Shown one piece after another: positions 38,519 through 51,582 of a stretch of DNA of 64,000 nt. The position numbers were made by a program, and so were the translations under genes. This stretch comes from Podarcis bocagei. Its lineage: Eukaryota. Position 1 is the stretch's first letter. Each line of letters begins with the position of its first letter. The DNA lies in the NCBI GenBank assembly GCA_964188305.1, contig OZ076893.1, one strand, 5' to 3'. A model generated the notes under the pieces. It saw only the letters and a list, made by a program, of their open reading frames with translations, was not told the DNA's origin and did no database searches.

Positions 38519-39983
38519 AATGCCAAACTTTGCTTGGAAAGTGGACTAAATAAGGGCTAGCCAATGGTGCTCTCCAAAAATTGTTTGAATCCACCAGCCC
38601 CAGTCAACACGGGCAAAGGTCAGGGATGATGTAGTGTGACAAAATCTGGAGGGCATTGCTTTGGTTACACCCGGCCTAAATCTTTGCATCAAAGCAATGT
38701 CCTAAATATTTCTGTCCAGATCTTTGCACCAAGGCAGTGGGAAGGCTACTAAAAAATCTGGGATCACCAAGCACAGTGTGCCCAACTGAAGCATTGCAAT
38801 GGCAGACATTCACATTCATTTTCTGTCTTGTTGCCTGCCTGTCTATTCTCTCTGGATTCCACCATTTGCCAATTTCAGCTTCCAATGGATTGAATGCCAT
38901 GGAAGAGGCTGCGTGATTCTTTCAGAGGGAAACCTTGGCAAAAGGAGTCCGGGTTTGGTTTTTTCCCAGCCAGAAACAATTTGCATTTGCTATCTACAGT
39001 TCCACACACACACCTCCGGGCTTTCATCCCTCAGAGTCTCCCATAGCATGGCCTCATAGGACTGGAAAGTTTAAACACAAGGAGGCTTTGTTGTTCATTT
39101 CTATAGAATTAACCTCAAGTATGAGACTTCATTTTAATTGAACACAGATGCATGCAAACCAAAGACAAGCCCCTGGCTTGTGTGCGAATAATTTTTGACC
39201 TGCACCGGCAAGAATCATGGGGTCCAAAATTAGCAACTTTCCTTTAAGCCTAAACTGGCAATTTTCCACAAGACATTCCCCTTTGTCTTTTTCACCCTCT
39301 TCCAACAATGCAACCAAAAGGACTGCAGGAATATTTCCCCCTTTTGATTCATTGATACCTGAGGCTTAAAAACCCATAAAGAATAGAAGTGTGTGTGTTC
39401 TGAGCAAACCTTGTGAATTTCAAAGGTCTCAATGTGGCGGGGTCATTCACCAAGCTTGTAGTCTTTGAATGCTACCATGAGATCAGACTGTGGTTTCTGT
39501 TGTGTCTGCCTTGTGGCTGCTGACATGGTGACCTAAACATACTTAAATTAAAGAAAGCCAGCATCTATACAGCAACATTTGCAGAATCCCCCAGCTCTGA
39601 AACTCTAATAGGCATGCATTTTTCTTTGGCTTCAGAATTCATAGGTCAAAGTATGAGGACCTTTGAATTTATTTATTTTTAAATAAAAACCCCCACACTG
39701 AATCTACTTTCATGGATCAGTCAAACAACTCATAAGAGCAGTCTACCCAAGTTTTATTTTTGGGCCTCACATTTTCAGCTTTACCTTGCAACACATTTGA
39801 AACAGTAACACACAGAGGCTGCCATTTTACAAGGAGGTTTTCATCTCCACCACCGCTTTTCCTTTTGAGGCATGGAAGTGAAATCAGGAGTGCTTTGTGT
39901 TACTGAAAATGTTTTACCAAGAATATAGTTCACTAGTTCTTCAGACACTAACAGAGCAACCCTAACTCTAGGAAGCCAGTGTA

Positions 39984-40209
39984 CAGTGGTACCTCGGGTT
40001 ACATACGCTTCAGGTTACAGATTCCGCTAACTCAGAAATAGTACCTCGGGTTAAGAACTTTGCTTCAGGATGAGAACAGAAATCGTGCTTCGGCAGTGCG
40101 GCGGCAGCAGGAGGCCCCATTAGCTAAAGTGGTGCTTCAGGTTAAGAACAGTTTCAGGTTAAGAACAGACCTCCAGAACGAATTAAGTATGTAACCAGAG
40201 GTACCACTG
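39984..40209. mobile_element. Tigger-like MITE, family 2
   Basis: CAGTGGTACCTC TIRs and TA TSD. Confidence 0.9.
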
Positions 40210-40916
40210 TAATTTATATTGGCATAACCAATGCCAGCATAAATTACTCCTATTCCAAATTCTGTTCTGCATCCTCTGGGTGAGACTACTGCCAGCAGAG
40301 CTAACAGGTAAGTGTGCACTCAAGTTTTGAGGACTGGGCTCTAGGTCACTGAGCTGAAGGGGGTTTGGCATAGCTATAAGTCTTTCCTTGCTCCACCAAA
40401 CTCACACTATGCCTCTCCCACTCCCCCAGAATGTCCCCTTAGGTTGGCATAAATTATTCCATTGTTGTGGACAAGTCTCCCATTCAGCTGGCGTGAATGT
40501 ACCCTGTGAACACACTGGGGGCGGGAGTCAAACAATTTATTCAGCCATGACAGAAGACACAGATTAGGTTAATACTCAGAGAATCTGCATGCCTCTGAAA
40601 AATGCAGAACACATTATACATTCCTAAGACATTGTTTCACGTGAAGAATGTGCAATCATGATTGCTGTGGGCTACATACACATAAGTACTAAGCATAGAC
40701 ATTGGTTTCAACAGAAAACCTTGTGGTCGGTCTTTGGGGCTCAGGGGGCTTAGTTCCTCAAAAAGCAGGTTTTAGCAGGTTCAGTGTTCACACTCTGTCA
40801 CTACCCCTTCCTTCCTGAACATTGCCTTTCTGACAATGCCAGGAGCTACCCAACCACAAAGTCTGACCATTTGACTTTCCTGAAAAGCACCAACACCACA
40901 AGGAAACTTCCAGCCA

Positions 40917-41112
40917 CATAGGAGCAAACTCCTAGGGGCCGAGGTCCTTTCGGCACCCCCACCTAATAAAATATTTGAGGGGGCCTGGCTTCCCTGAAGT
41001 AGAGGAGCCTTGCCATTCAAATGGTGTGCATGTACCACATCATGTGATGGATTATGCAGGTTGGGGCTTACCTAGCCCCCCCCCCCAATATTTTATTCAA
41101 GTTGGCACCCCA
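40917..41112. mobile_element. Degenerate hAT-like MITE
   Basis: Imperfect ends CATAGGAGCAAACT / AGTTGGCACCCC. Confidence 0.5.
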
Positions 41113-43084
41113 CAAAGTGTCAAAAGTGGTCAGTTTGACTTTTATTTTAAAAGCATACTGTGGGCAGCTAAATGGGTCATGCTAAGCAGGTCACGTTGAT
41201 TGCAAGCATAATCTAACTGGGGAAGAAGTCATCATTATGGACACGCTTAGGTCAAGAGGGTCTCTCCAGTCCCTTCACCATCTTAAGTTATACCAGCGAA
41301 GCCCTAGTCAGCCAGGAAAGCCCAAGACCTGCTGAACCCAAACACTTTCATCCCAGTGGATCTTGTGTTAGTCATGCCAGATGGGGCTGATGGGAGTTTG
41401 AGCCTAACCACATTTGGAGAGCCACAGGTTTCACCCCTGTGTACGATAGTTATGCTAGACTTCAAATATTTTGGGATGTCCTAAACTGCTTACAGTTGCA
41501 CCGTCTCATGGATTTCATACCCCAAGACTGTGGAAACAGTTAGTATTTCTTGCAAATAAATCTGTGGGAAGCTATGCTGTATTTGGAGGAAAGCAAATCT
41601 TGTGAGATTTGTTTGGTGTTTCATGATTTGGGGAATTTACAGAAGATGGTTTGTTACAAGATAGGATGGGAAGAAAGGCAAGAGCCATTTTGTTTGGGCA
41701 CATGCTTGCATAGCCCAAGAAGTCAGCTGTTTAGGCACCACAACTTATATTCTTATGTCTGTCCTGATACATACAACTGGGATGTGGCACAGGCTACCGC
41801 CCACAGATTTGTGCTAGGTAGCTAAAGCACTGAAACTGAACACCAACCCTTTCTCCACCCCCAAAATTAGACCACATAGGCATGTTCTTACTTTTTCTGT
41901 ATGTATTTCAATCTGACACATTTCCACTTAGGAGAAAAATCTTCCTCTTTATACAGACACACATGCATGATTTACTAGAGCAATCAGCAATGCAAAAGTT
42001 GAGCTTTAATTGCCTCTTACTGGCCCCAGAAGCTACAACATGGCTTTTCTCTTTATAGATATTTTTCAGGAAAGAGAGCTGACTCCTTAATTTTGTTTTA
42101 CAGACCCTGGAAAGCTGAAATATAGTGAGCTTCCAGAGTTTTACAATCTGCCTTAGCAATTAACATGCACAACAAGCTTACATATATGGTTTAAGAATTT
42201 TTTTGCTGTTTGTTCAGAATTCTGTGCTGAATTTCCAAGCAAAATGTTCTGGTGGCCCTAGATGAACATCAGAAGTAATGTGGCTATAGCATCTGGAACA
42301 AGCTTTGCTGTACCTGAATAAACTTAGCATTGAGCATTTGTTCTACTGGACATCAGCTTGCTTAATTCACTAACCAGGGTTTTTCAAGGGGTACTTTTAA
42401 GATAAGGGAGATTGAAAGGGGGCTGACAATTCTGTTCCATCATTTCCAGATCTGCTGGAGGTCTTGATGCCTATAACCATGGTGGGTGAACTTCTGCGAG
42501 ATCAATAAGATATGTATACATGGCCACCTTCCTCCAGTGAATGTAGCTGTATCACAGAAAACCAGCTGTTGCACCTTATTTTAAAAAGATGGGGACTTGC
42601 ACTCTGGAAGTAAATTGAATCAACAATTATTAAAGGTTTCCAGACGTTGCTGTAGTTCAGTGTTTTTATTTCCTATATTTTCTTCAGAAATACTAACCTT
42701 TTAAATGTCCAGCTTTTAGAATTAAATATGGTTTGCATTGATTTTTCAGAACAGCAACAATAGCAGAACAACCTTTAAAAGGGTTTTACAGAGTCCAATT
42801 AAAATATCTTCATAAAGTCGTCACGCTGTAACATTTGCCTGGTAAGCCTCCTCTCTCTTTTCGCTATAGGAATTATGTGAAAAGTGGCCATTAGGGATCT
42901 TTCAGTTTTATGTTTGCATATGGTCATTCGTCAATAGTTGTAGCTTCTGTTGCTTGTGAGTAGCTAAACTATGAAAGCAGGTGCTGTTACAAGGTTTTTG
43001 CTGTTCATCTCCATTTTCAGGAAGGAGATGGAAGGAACCAAAATGGGCTGGCAAATGATCCTGAGAAATGACTTTTGACCCTCC

Positions 43085-43122
43085 TATCTGAAGAAGTGTG
43101 CATGCACACGAAAGCTCATACC
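43085..43122 (+). ncRNA. Minimal type I hammerhead ribozyme motif
   Basis: TAT-CTGAAGA-A-GTGTGCATGCACAC-GAAA-GCTC-ATA. This gives an intact CUGANGA/GAAA core, a palindromic stem II, an AGCT palindrome in place of stem III, a CUC cleavage triplet and a short stem I. Confidence 0.75.
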
Positions 43123-43211
43123 AAGAACTAACTTAGTTGGTCTTTAAGGTGCTACTGGAAGGAATTTTTTTTATTTTGACTATGGCAGACCAACACGGCT
43201 ACCTATCTGTA
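43085..43211 (+). mobile_element. Short Penelope-like (pseudo-LTR-derived) insertion
   Basis: Perfect 14-bp TSD ACTTTTGACCCTCC (43071-84, 43212-25). It begins with a hammerhead motif and is homologous to 43706-43802. Confidence 0.8.
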
Positions 43212-43705
43212 ACTTTTGACCCTCCATATAATCTTGTCATTGGTTTCTCTATGTCTGAGCCTCCTGCCAGTGAGACCATGAGGATCCAGAAAGTTCATTC
43301 AGCGGAACGCTAGGATTCATCGGAAAGCTAGGTTGCAAAAAAGGAAATGAGGTAAAATGATTGGTGCATAAAAGATGCAGGCTAGGGCATCTAAAATCCC
43401 CTGAATCAGGATCCAGAGAGAAAAGCTTCCTTCAGCAACCAGAAATTCTATAGAAATGTAGATGCAGACCAGGAAAAAAACAATAGTGCTTCCAGGGTGG
43501 GTCAGGCAATCTCATACCACAGTATTTGTTCTCCAACAGGTAAGCCATTCAAGAAAGTCATGTGTATGTAATTATGTCTCACATACATGTTTTTGGAAAG
43601 CAATTTCCCCTAACGTCCTGCATTTTCCATGAATTTATATGTACACTTTACCCATGTGCATTCATTTTGGTACACAATGCTTGACTAGAGAACTGTACTG
43701 CAAAA

Positions 43706-43802
43706 GTGTATCTGAATAAGTGTGCATGCACATGAAAGCTCATACCAATAACAAACTTAGTTGGTCTCTAAAGTGTTACCGGAAGGATTTTTTTAAATAT
43801 TT
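43706..43802 (+). mobile_element. Second short Penelope-like insertion, with a mutated hammerhead
   Basis: 12-bp TSD TGTACTGCAAAA (43694-705, 43803-14). The motif reads GTAT-CTGAATA-A-GTGTGCATGCACAT-GAAA-GCTC-ATAC. Confidence 0.78.
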
Positions 43803-45344
43803 TGTACTGCAAAATTCAGAGATTTGCAAATTTCAAAGGATGACTGTCCTTCAGTTTGCATATTGAATCAAATTTCCTTTCAATCCCCACTGGCAGTTTG
43901 TTTAAACCTCAGTGAGAAGATAGTTTCACAGTGGTTATCAGGAACGTGGCCTTCTTCACTGTCAGTTGCCGTACACCGAGTTTGAATGAGGTTTTATTTT
44001 ATCGCTGTCACTCTGTGTGAACTGTACAGATAGGATCAATTATTTCTCCTTAATGTTTGCCCAAAATGTCATACTATGCCTGCAGGCTGGAAGCACTCAT
44101 GTTAAACGCTAACTGAAACCTTTCTAACCTACCCTAACTTGGAATTTCTGTAAAACATCAACTATGAAAACACTGGCTTCATTTTGATGTTTTGGGTGTG
44201 TGTGTTTTTAAAATAAGAGTTTCAACATTCAATAATTTTCTTCAGACCTTTAAGACTGAGTGTTTAAAAACAGCCAGACAGTCTGTGTTTGAAAGCTACA
44301 CAAAGCCTTGGTCTGATTAGGCTTTATAAAGCAGATGTTTGTTTATGAGCTTCACTTGGGATTGCTTTCAGGACTGAGTCTTTTCCACACACATTAATTG
44401 CTTGCATCTCCCCATTTGCCCACTGAGGACCAGTGATATTCATTTTTGTACATAGCACTCTGCAGCATGCTTCTGTGAAGTGGAGCTGTGCAGAAGCAGC
44501 ACCTCAAAATTCTCCACTCTATTGGTTACCAAAGAAATTGGGGAGGGAGCAGGAACCACATTATCTCCAGGGATAGAGCTCAGTGGCATAGTTTCTTGCT
44601 CCTTCCTCAAGGGTTGGTTTGTTTCTTGCTAGTGGAAGAACATAAAAGCATAACAAGAGCCTGCTGAAGCAGGCCAATGGCGGAAGCCTAGTCAGCATGC
44701 GCTTCCTGAGGCTGATGGGAATTGTGGTTCAAAGCAGCTGCAGTATTGCCAGGTGAAGAGCAAATGATTTCTTTCAATTTGCGGATTCTGCTTTTCTGTC
44801 ATTTGGGGGTTGGCAATGACGAGACTCTCAGTCACTCAACTAAATGGGATAGACTAGTAAGGCAGACTGCATACCAGAAACAGCAAGGGAAATGATTAAG
44901 TTATTCAATCATTTTCCTGAGGGCAAATTCAAAATTGTTCCCCTGCCCTGCATTATCTATCTCCTCTGTGTCAGTGAGAGAGAAAGCACACAGTTTCCAC
45001 AGTCTCAAGAGATGGAGTTTTCATTCTTACCTGTGAGATATTCTTATGCAACCTAATGCATTTCACTTCAGGAAGCTGTTCTTGAAATTGATTTGTCAGT
45101 TTCTCTTTCTCTCTCCCCCTCCCATTTCTTCCCTTTTATTTTTATTATGCTAAATTAGAGTCATTATAGTTATTAGTCATACCTTTCAAAATAATTCCTC
45201 TTCCTCAAATAGTTCTATTGATTATAATCCCATTTCAGAACATGTCCACTTTATCTTTGGTTTCCCATGCATGCCTCCTTGCTAAGCTCTGGCAGTATAG
45301 CTTTGATGTTTCATGGAAGCAGCTGACCTTCTAATAAAATTGGG

Positions 45345-45553
45345 TCATGTGCATCAGCGGGTAGTGTGTCGGATGAGGACCTGAAAGACCAGGGTTCAAA
45401 CACCTACTCAACCATGAGGCTCACTGGGTGAACTTGGGCCAGATACTGCTTCTCAGCTGCTGTGGGGTTATAAATGAGAATGAGGAGAACCATGTACACC
45501 ACCTTAAGCTCCTTGGAGAAAAAGGTGGGGTATAAATGCAGTCATAAATAAAC
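45345..45553 (+). mobile_element. Old tRNA/MIR-like SINE
   Basis: B-box-like GGGTTCAAACAC, CACTGGGTGAACTTGGGCCAG core, and a GGTATAAATG..ATAAATAAA tail. Confidence 0.6.
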
Positions 45554-46114
45554 TGTACATTGCTGGTTTCTGTGGGGCTGCTTTACACAGGAAGCAGTGA
45601 ATGAGTCTCCATGAGCTCAGTAACACCTGGATGACTGTGGAAGCTGTTGGTTCTGACAGCTGCTGCAGGCACCCATAGAGACCTCCAACCAGGCCTTTCT
45701 CACTTTTGCCTCTCATTTCATTGCTCAGCATTGGAAAGACCTGGCTTCTTTGTCCATCAGTAACTTGCAGTTACTTTATTCTCCTCTCGCTCTACAACTG
45801 CAAGAAACCAGGCCCCAATAGAGGATAAAGACCTGTGGGGGCAGATGGAATTGTTTTATGAAAGAATAAATATGATGTCTTACCTCCCAGACTTGCTGCA
45901 ATAAATGAGTGTAAAGATTGTCAAGCATTTTGGTTTGATGCTGGCTTTGGATCTACTACAAATGGTAAATGTAGTAATAGAACATGACAGATGAAATGTT
46001 GGAGAGATCTGAAGCTGAACCTGAGGCTTCCCTCGCTGGGAATCCTTGCCCTCTCCTTGGCAAGGCCAGAACTCAGAGGCAGAGATGGAGGATGAGCTGC
46101 CTTTGAAAATTAGA

Positions 46115-46332
46115 AAGTGCTGGTTCATGAAGGTATCAGGAGACCACCATTTGCCACAGACAGCTATAATTCCCAGAGTTCCCTGGTAAAAGGGATTGGA
46201 TGATAAACCATTCTGAGACAGAGCTGTCTGAGGGGAATAGGGGTTTCCAAACAACTCTCAGCACCCTTAAGAAATTACAGTTCTCAAGATTCTTTGATGG
46301 AAGCCATGACTGTTTATAAAAAGGTATGATAG
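46115..46332. repeat. Old lizard interspersed repeat (probable MITE fragment)
   Basis: Recognised from the CAACTCTCAGCACCCTTAA..ACAGTTC..GAAGCCATGACTGTTTA motif. The termini are not resolved. Confidence 0.4.
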
Positions 46333-47752
46333 AATTAGACCTCCCTTCATTGGCTACATACTCAAAACTTTTTGTTGGCTATTTCAACTGACTTGTACCT
46401 GAGTCCTGGCACTAAAAAACAAAACAACAACAACAACACTGGGCTGGGATTTGAACCATGGTTCAGATTAAAGCATCCCTTCAGGACTAGAATGGTTTTG
46501 AAGCCAGAAATGGATGACATCAGGAGAACAGCCAGCAAATTGAGCCTGGGATATTAAAAAGTTGCCTTAAAAAAACAAAAACACACAAAATCCTATCACA
46601 CAGGAGACATAAAATCAATAATAGCTCATTTCCAGAATTGTCATCTGCTCTCTAAGCTATGAACTGCAAGAGGTAAATCACAGGCAGCCGACCCATTACA
46701 CCCCAGCAGGCCTCACGCTGGAATCACTTCATCTGTTCTTAAATGGCTGCAGAAGTGGTGGTGGTGGTCGGGAGAGTGGAAGCGATGCAGCAGCCGATTT
46801 TCAGACAGTCCCATCTGTGTGATATCCCTGGCCCACAGGCCTCTATTTCCCTCCCTGACAGAGGTAACTAAATCTCCTTGATGCTCACCATGCCACAGGA
46901 CTGATTATTTTGCATTAGACTTAATCTTCGGGCGGCGCTGCATGTGTCTGAGGCATGGCGAGAAAACTATAGGGCGATGCGAAGGCTTTTCAACAAGCTT
47001 GCTGTAAAGCATGATTTAAACATTAGCATCATTCAAAGTGGTAGGTTGGATGTGCAGAGCTGTAATCCTTTCCCCGTGCTCTGTGAATAGGCCAGCTCCC
47101 CCCCCTTTTTTCCCTCCACCTACATGACTGAAGATGAACTACCCCACTTGCTGTTTCTGCTGCTTGCCACTGAGGCATTTGAATAATAAAGAACAGCCTC
47201 TGGCTCTGTTCTTTGCATGGCCTCATACATATGTCTTCTGGATGCCCCCTCTCTGAGCAAACCCCCAGTTTCTGCTTCTTCTCTCTTTTTCATTTTGCTG
47301 AAGGAAAAGCGAAAAATAAATAAATGCTGGGTGTTAACATGCTGGAAATTGGAAGGCCCCTGCACGCAGAGGACAAATTGAACATGGAGTGAAAATGAGG
47401 GAACAACAGCAAAACAGCAAAAAAAGGTTTGTGCTTAACACCACATTGCTCTGAAAGGAAATTGATGCCTTTTTCAAATATAAATACCCCACAGATGATA
47501 GTTCATATACACATTTTGTTTTTGGAAGCACCCAGCTGTTCCCATTTTGCTGAGGGGAGGCTGAGTGAAAGGCAGGCTCAGGGCATTTTCTAAGAGGATG
47601 GAAATTGCCTCAATTTGGCTTGTTGTGGTACTGCCGTTGAGGCTTTTTTTTTTTTTAAGGGCAGTAATGCTGGGGACAATTTTTGGAAACACATTGACAG
47701 AAATATTTGAGTTAGGGTTGGCTGTAAGAGTACTGGGCCTGTCAGTGGCTAG

Positions 47753-48078
47753 CATACCCTCTAACATTTCTCTGATGAAAATAGGGACATCACATTCCAT
47801 AATGATTATTTTACTATTTCTACCCCACTCATCTTACTGGGTTGCCCCAGCCACTCTGGGCAGCTTCCAACATATATAAAAAACATTAAACATTTTAAAA
47901 AAGTTCCCTATCAAGGATTGCCTTCAGATGGTTTGGGGGTCAAATAACTCCATACCCTCCAACATTCATCCAATGAAAATAGGGACATCCTAAGGAAAAG
48001 CAGGACATTCTGGGATCAAATCAGAAACTGTGATAGCTTCTCTAAATCAGGGATGTCCCTGGAAAATAGGGACACTTG
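47753..48078. mobile_element. Second copy of the composite element at 23074 (inverted, one end truncated)
   Basis: CATACCCTC.AACATT..GAAAATAGGGACATC occurs at 47753 and again at 47951. Confidence 0.75.
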
Positions 48079-51000
48079 CTTCCACTATTTGGCTCCAGTG
48101 AATTTCTCCCACAATTTCAGCTCTCCCAGTTAAATTATCTTCCAAAGGGGAGCCGGTGCTTAAGGAATGAGACATTCTCTGTAATTCCATTTTGCTCCCC
48201 TTTGAAAAATTGTGTACTGTAGGAAGATATTGAGTAATAAAAGACTGGGCCAAGAATTTATCTCATCAGACCAAGTCAAAAAAAGGGGAGTGGTCCTTTA
48301 TGCAAAGGAGAGCCTATCACTGAAATTTATATTTAAAGATGACCAAGGGAGATTTATTGCAATTGAAATTCAATCACAAGGAGAAAAATTCCTGATTGTG
48401 GGTATCTATGCACCAAATGAAGGAAAATCGGAGTTTATTAAGAAACTACACGAGATTCTGATGGACTATATGGACTATAATATGATCTTGATGGGAGATA
48501 TGAATGGAGTGGTGTCTACAAATATGCACAAGACACAGAGACAGGTAGTCACCAAAGACGGCAGACTACCAAAAACCTTTTTTGACATGACGGACAATAT
48601 GGACTTAGTGGACATTTGGAGAATGAAGAACCCTCTGGGTAGAGAGGGAACTTTTTTCTCTGAGGCTAAAATGACATGGACAAGAATTGACCAAATCTGG
48701 GTAACTAGGGGAATGGCTCCAAAGATTAGCAATGTGGAGATTTGCCCTAAAACTTGCTCAGACCATAATGCTGTGAAGATGGAAATGAAATTGATGCCAA
48801 TGGGTTCTTTTAGATGGAGGATGAACAATACTCTGTTCAGGAACGAAGAGGTGACCAAGAAGGCCCAAAAAAGTCTAAGAGATTACTTTGAGATAAATAT
48901 GAATACTACAGTGGAAAAAAAGAGTAATTTGGGACGCAAGCAAAGCAGTCATGAGAGGATTTCTAATACAACAGAATGCAATCAATAAGAGAACGCAGAA
49001 TGAAAAAAAAGGATAAAATTCTGGAGAAAATAAAGGAAGGAGAGAAGAAACTGAGAGCAAAACCAAAGTCACAGGAGACCCTGAAAGATATAAAGTTATA
49101 CCAAGTACAATATATGAAGCTGATGAATCAGGAAATAGAATGGAAGATTAAACAGATGAGAAAAGACATTTGAATCGGCAAATAAGTGTGGAAAATTGTT
49201 GGCCTGGCAAATGAAAAAAAGACAAAAACTTAATACTATTACGAATTTGGATGTGGAAGGAAAGAATATCCAGAACCCATTGGAGATCAGGAAGTGTTTT
49301 CAGAGGTACTTCAAACAACTTTATACACAGGAGAAGCAGAAAGAAATGGACATTGATCGCTTTTTGAAAATAAATGGGCTACACAAAATCTCTCAGGAAA
49401 AACAGCTAATGTTGAACTACAAAATATCGGACCAGGAAGTGAAAGGGGCTATTCAGAATATGCAAATAGGTAAATCTCCAGGACCAGATGGTTTGACTTC
49501 AAGATATTACAGATCTTTGAAAGAATGGTTAATACAACCTTTGAAGGAAGTCTGCAATGAAATATTGGAAGGGAGAAAGGCACCAGAGTCGTGGAAGGAA
49601 GCCTATATTACACTTATACCAAAAACAGAGACTGAAAAGACACAGCTTAAGAACTACCACCCCATATCATTGCTTAATGTGGATTACAAAATTTTTGCAG
49701 ATATCTTGGCTAAAAGATTGAAAAAGGGCTTAGCAGAAGAAATTCATAAAGACCAAGCGGGCTTTCTCCCGTGCAGACATTTGTCTGATAATACGAGGAA
49801 TATAATTAATATTCTAGAAAAATTACAAGTGAATATCAATACTAAGGCAGTTTTGATATTTGTGGATGCAGAGAGAGCCTTTGACAACATTTCTTGGAGT
49901 TTTATGAAGAAGAATCTACAGGGGATGGGGGTAGGCCAAGGTTTTGAAAATGGTATAGGTGCAATTTATTCTGAACAAAAGGCTAAATTAATTGTGAACA
50001 ATGTAGTGACAGAAGAGTTTAAGATTGAGAAAGAGACACGACAAGGCTGCCCAATTTCTCCATTGCTTTTTATATCGGTCCTTGAGGTTTTGTTAAATAT
50101 GATTAGAAAGGATCAAGAGGTTAAAGGTATACAAGTGGGAGCTAAACAGTACAAACTGAAAGCATTTGCTGATGACTTAGTATTGACTCTACAGGAGCCA
50201 GAATCTAGTACTAAAATGGTACTGGAATTGATTCAAGAATTTGGACAGGTAGCAGGTTTTATGTTGAACAAGATAAAAACTAAGGTTTTAGAGAAAAACT
50301 TAACTGTGAATGAGAGAGAGAAATTTCAGGAGGAGACAGGACTAACGTTGGTTAAGAAAGTGAAATACTTAGGGGTTAACATGACTGCAAAAAATGTGAA
50401 TTTATTTAAAGATAATTATGAAAAATGTTGGACTGAAGTGAAAAAGGATCTAGAAATATGGACAAATTTGAAGTTATCATTGTTAGGCCGAATTGCTGTG
50501 ATCAAAATGAACGTGCTGCCAAGGATGTTGTTTCTGTTTCAAACATTGCAAATCTTAGATAAGATGGATTGTTTCAAGAAGTGGCAGAAAGATATTTCCA
50601 GATTTGTTTGGCAGGGCAAGAAGCCTCGAATAAAATTTAAGATATTAACCGATGCTAAAGAAAGAGGTGGATTTGCCCTGCCAGACCTTAAACTTTACTA
50701 TGAGTTAGCTGCTTTTTGCTGGCTGAGAGAATGGCTGCTTCTTGAAAACACTGACGTGTTGGATTTAGAAGGTTTCAACAATGCATTTGGCTGGCATGCA
50801 TATCTGTGGTATGATAAGGTAAAAGTACATAAAGCGTTTAAAAATCATATTGTTAGAAAAGCATTGTTTAACGTTTGGATAAGATATAAGGATTTGTTAG
50901 AAAAGAAAACCCCAAGATGGCTGTCACCAATGGAAGCGAAGGCACAGAAAAAACTCAATATGGAGGCCAAATGGCCAAAATATTGGGAAATTTTGGAGCA

Positions 51001-51343
51001 TGACGGTGATAGAATAAAATTGCAGAGCTTTGAAAAATTGAAAAACAAAGTGAGAGATTGGCTCCATTATTACCAAACAATGGAGGCTTACAATTTGGAC
51101 AAAAAAGTTGGTTTCCAGGTGGAAAAATCAAAATTGGAAACAGAATTGTTGGATTCAAAAATTAAGAATTTGTCAAGAATGTATAACTTGCTGTTGAAAT
51201 GGAACACTCAGGATGAAATGGTGAAATCAGCTGTGCTGGTCCCGGGGGGGAAAGGTACTAATACCGTAGCCGAGGTTCAGTCCAGAGTCACTAGCAGGGT
51301 AGACGATCACTAGATGAGACGCGAGGTCCGAAACAGGGAGCCG

Positions 51344-51494
51344 GGCGGGGAAACAGGAACGCTGGTAGGGCAGCAGCAGGAAGCCAGGCGGGGAACCGGA
51401 ACACTGGTAGGGCAGAAGCGGGCAACCGGGCGAGGAACAGGAACACCGGAGAGTCAGGAGCAGGAAGCTGGGGGAGGAACAGGCACACCGGGAG
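51344..51494. repeat. 3.5 x 42-43-bp degenerate tandem repeat inside the LTR
   Basis: Units start at 51344, 51387, 51429 and 51471 (GGCGRGGAAC.GGAACAC...). Confidence 0.8.
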
Positions 51495-51582
51495 TGCAGA
51501 TCTAGGTCTGGGTAAAAGCAGGTACTCCACAACGACGTTGCTCCCGCAACCTGGGACCGGGCTGCCTGACCTTTATCTTCTT

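Noticed and set aside
47474-47879. Hydrophobic 104- and 108-aa ORFs
   Set aside because: They run across a T-tract and into a repeat, and resemble no known family.
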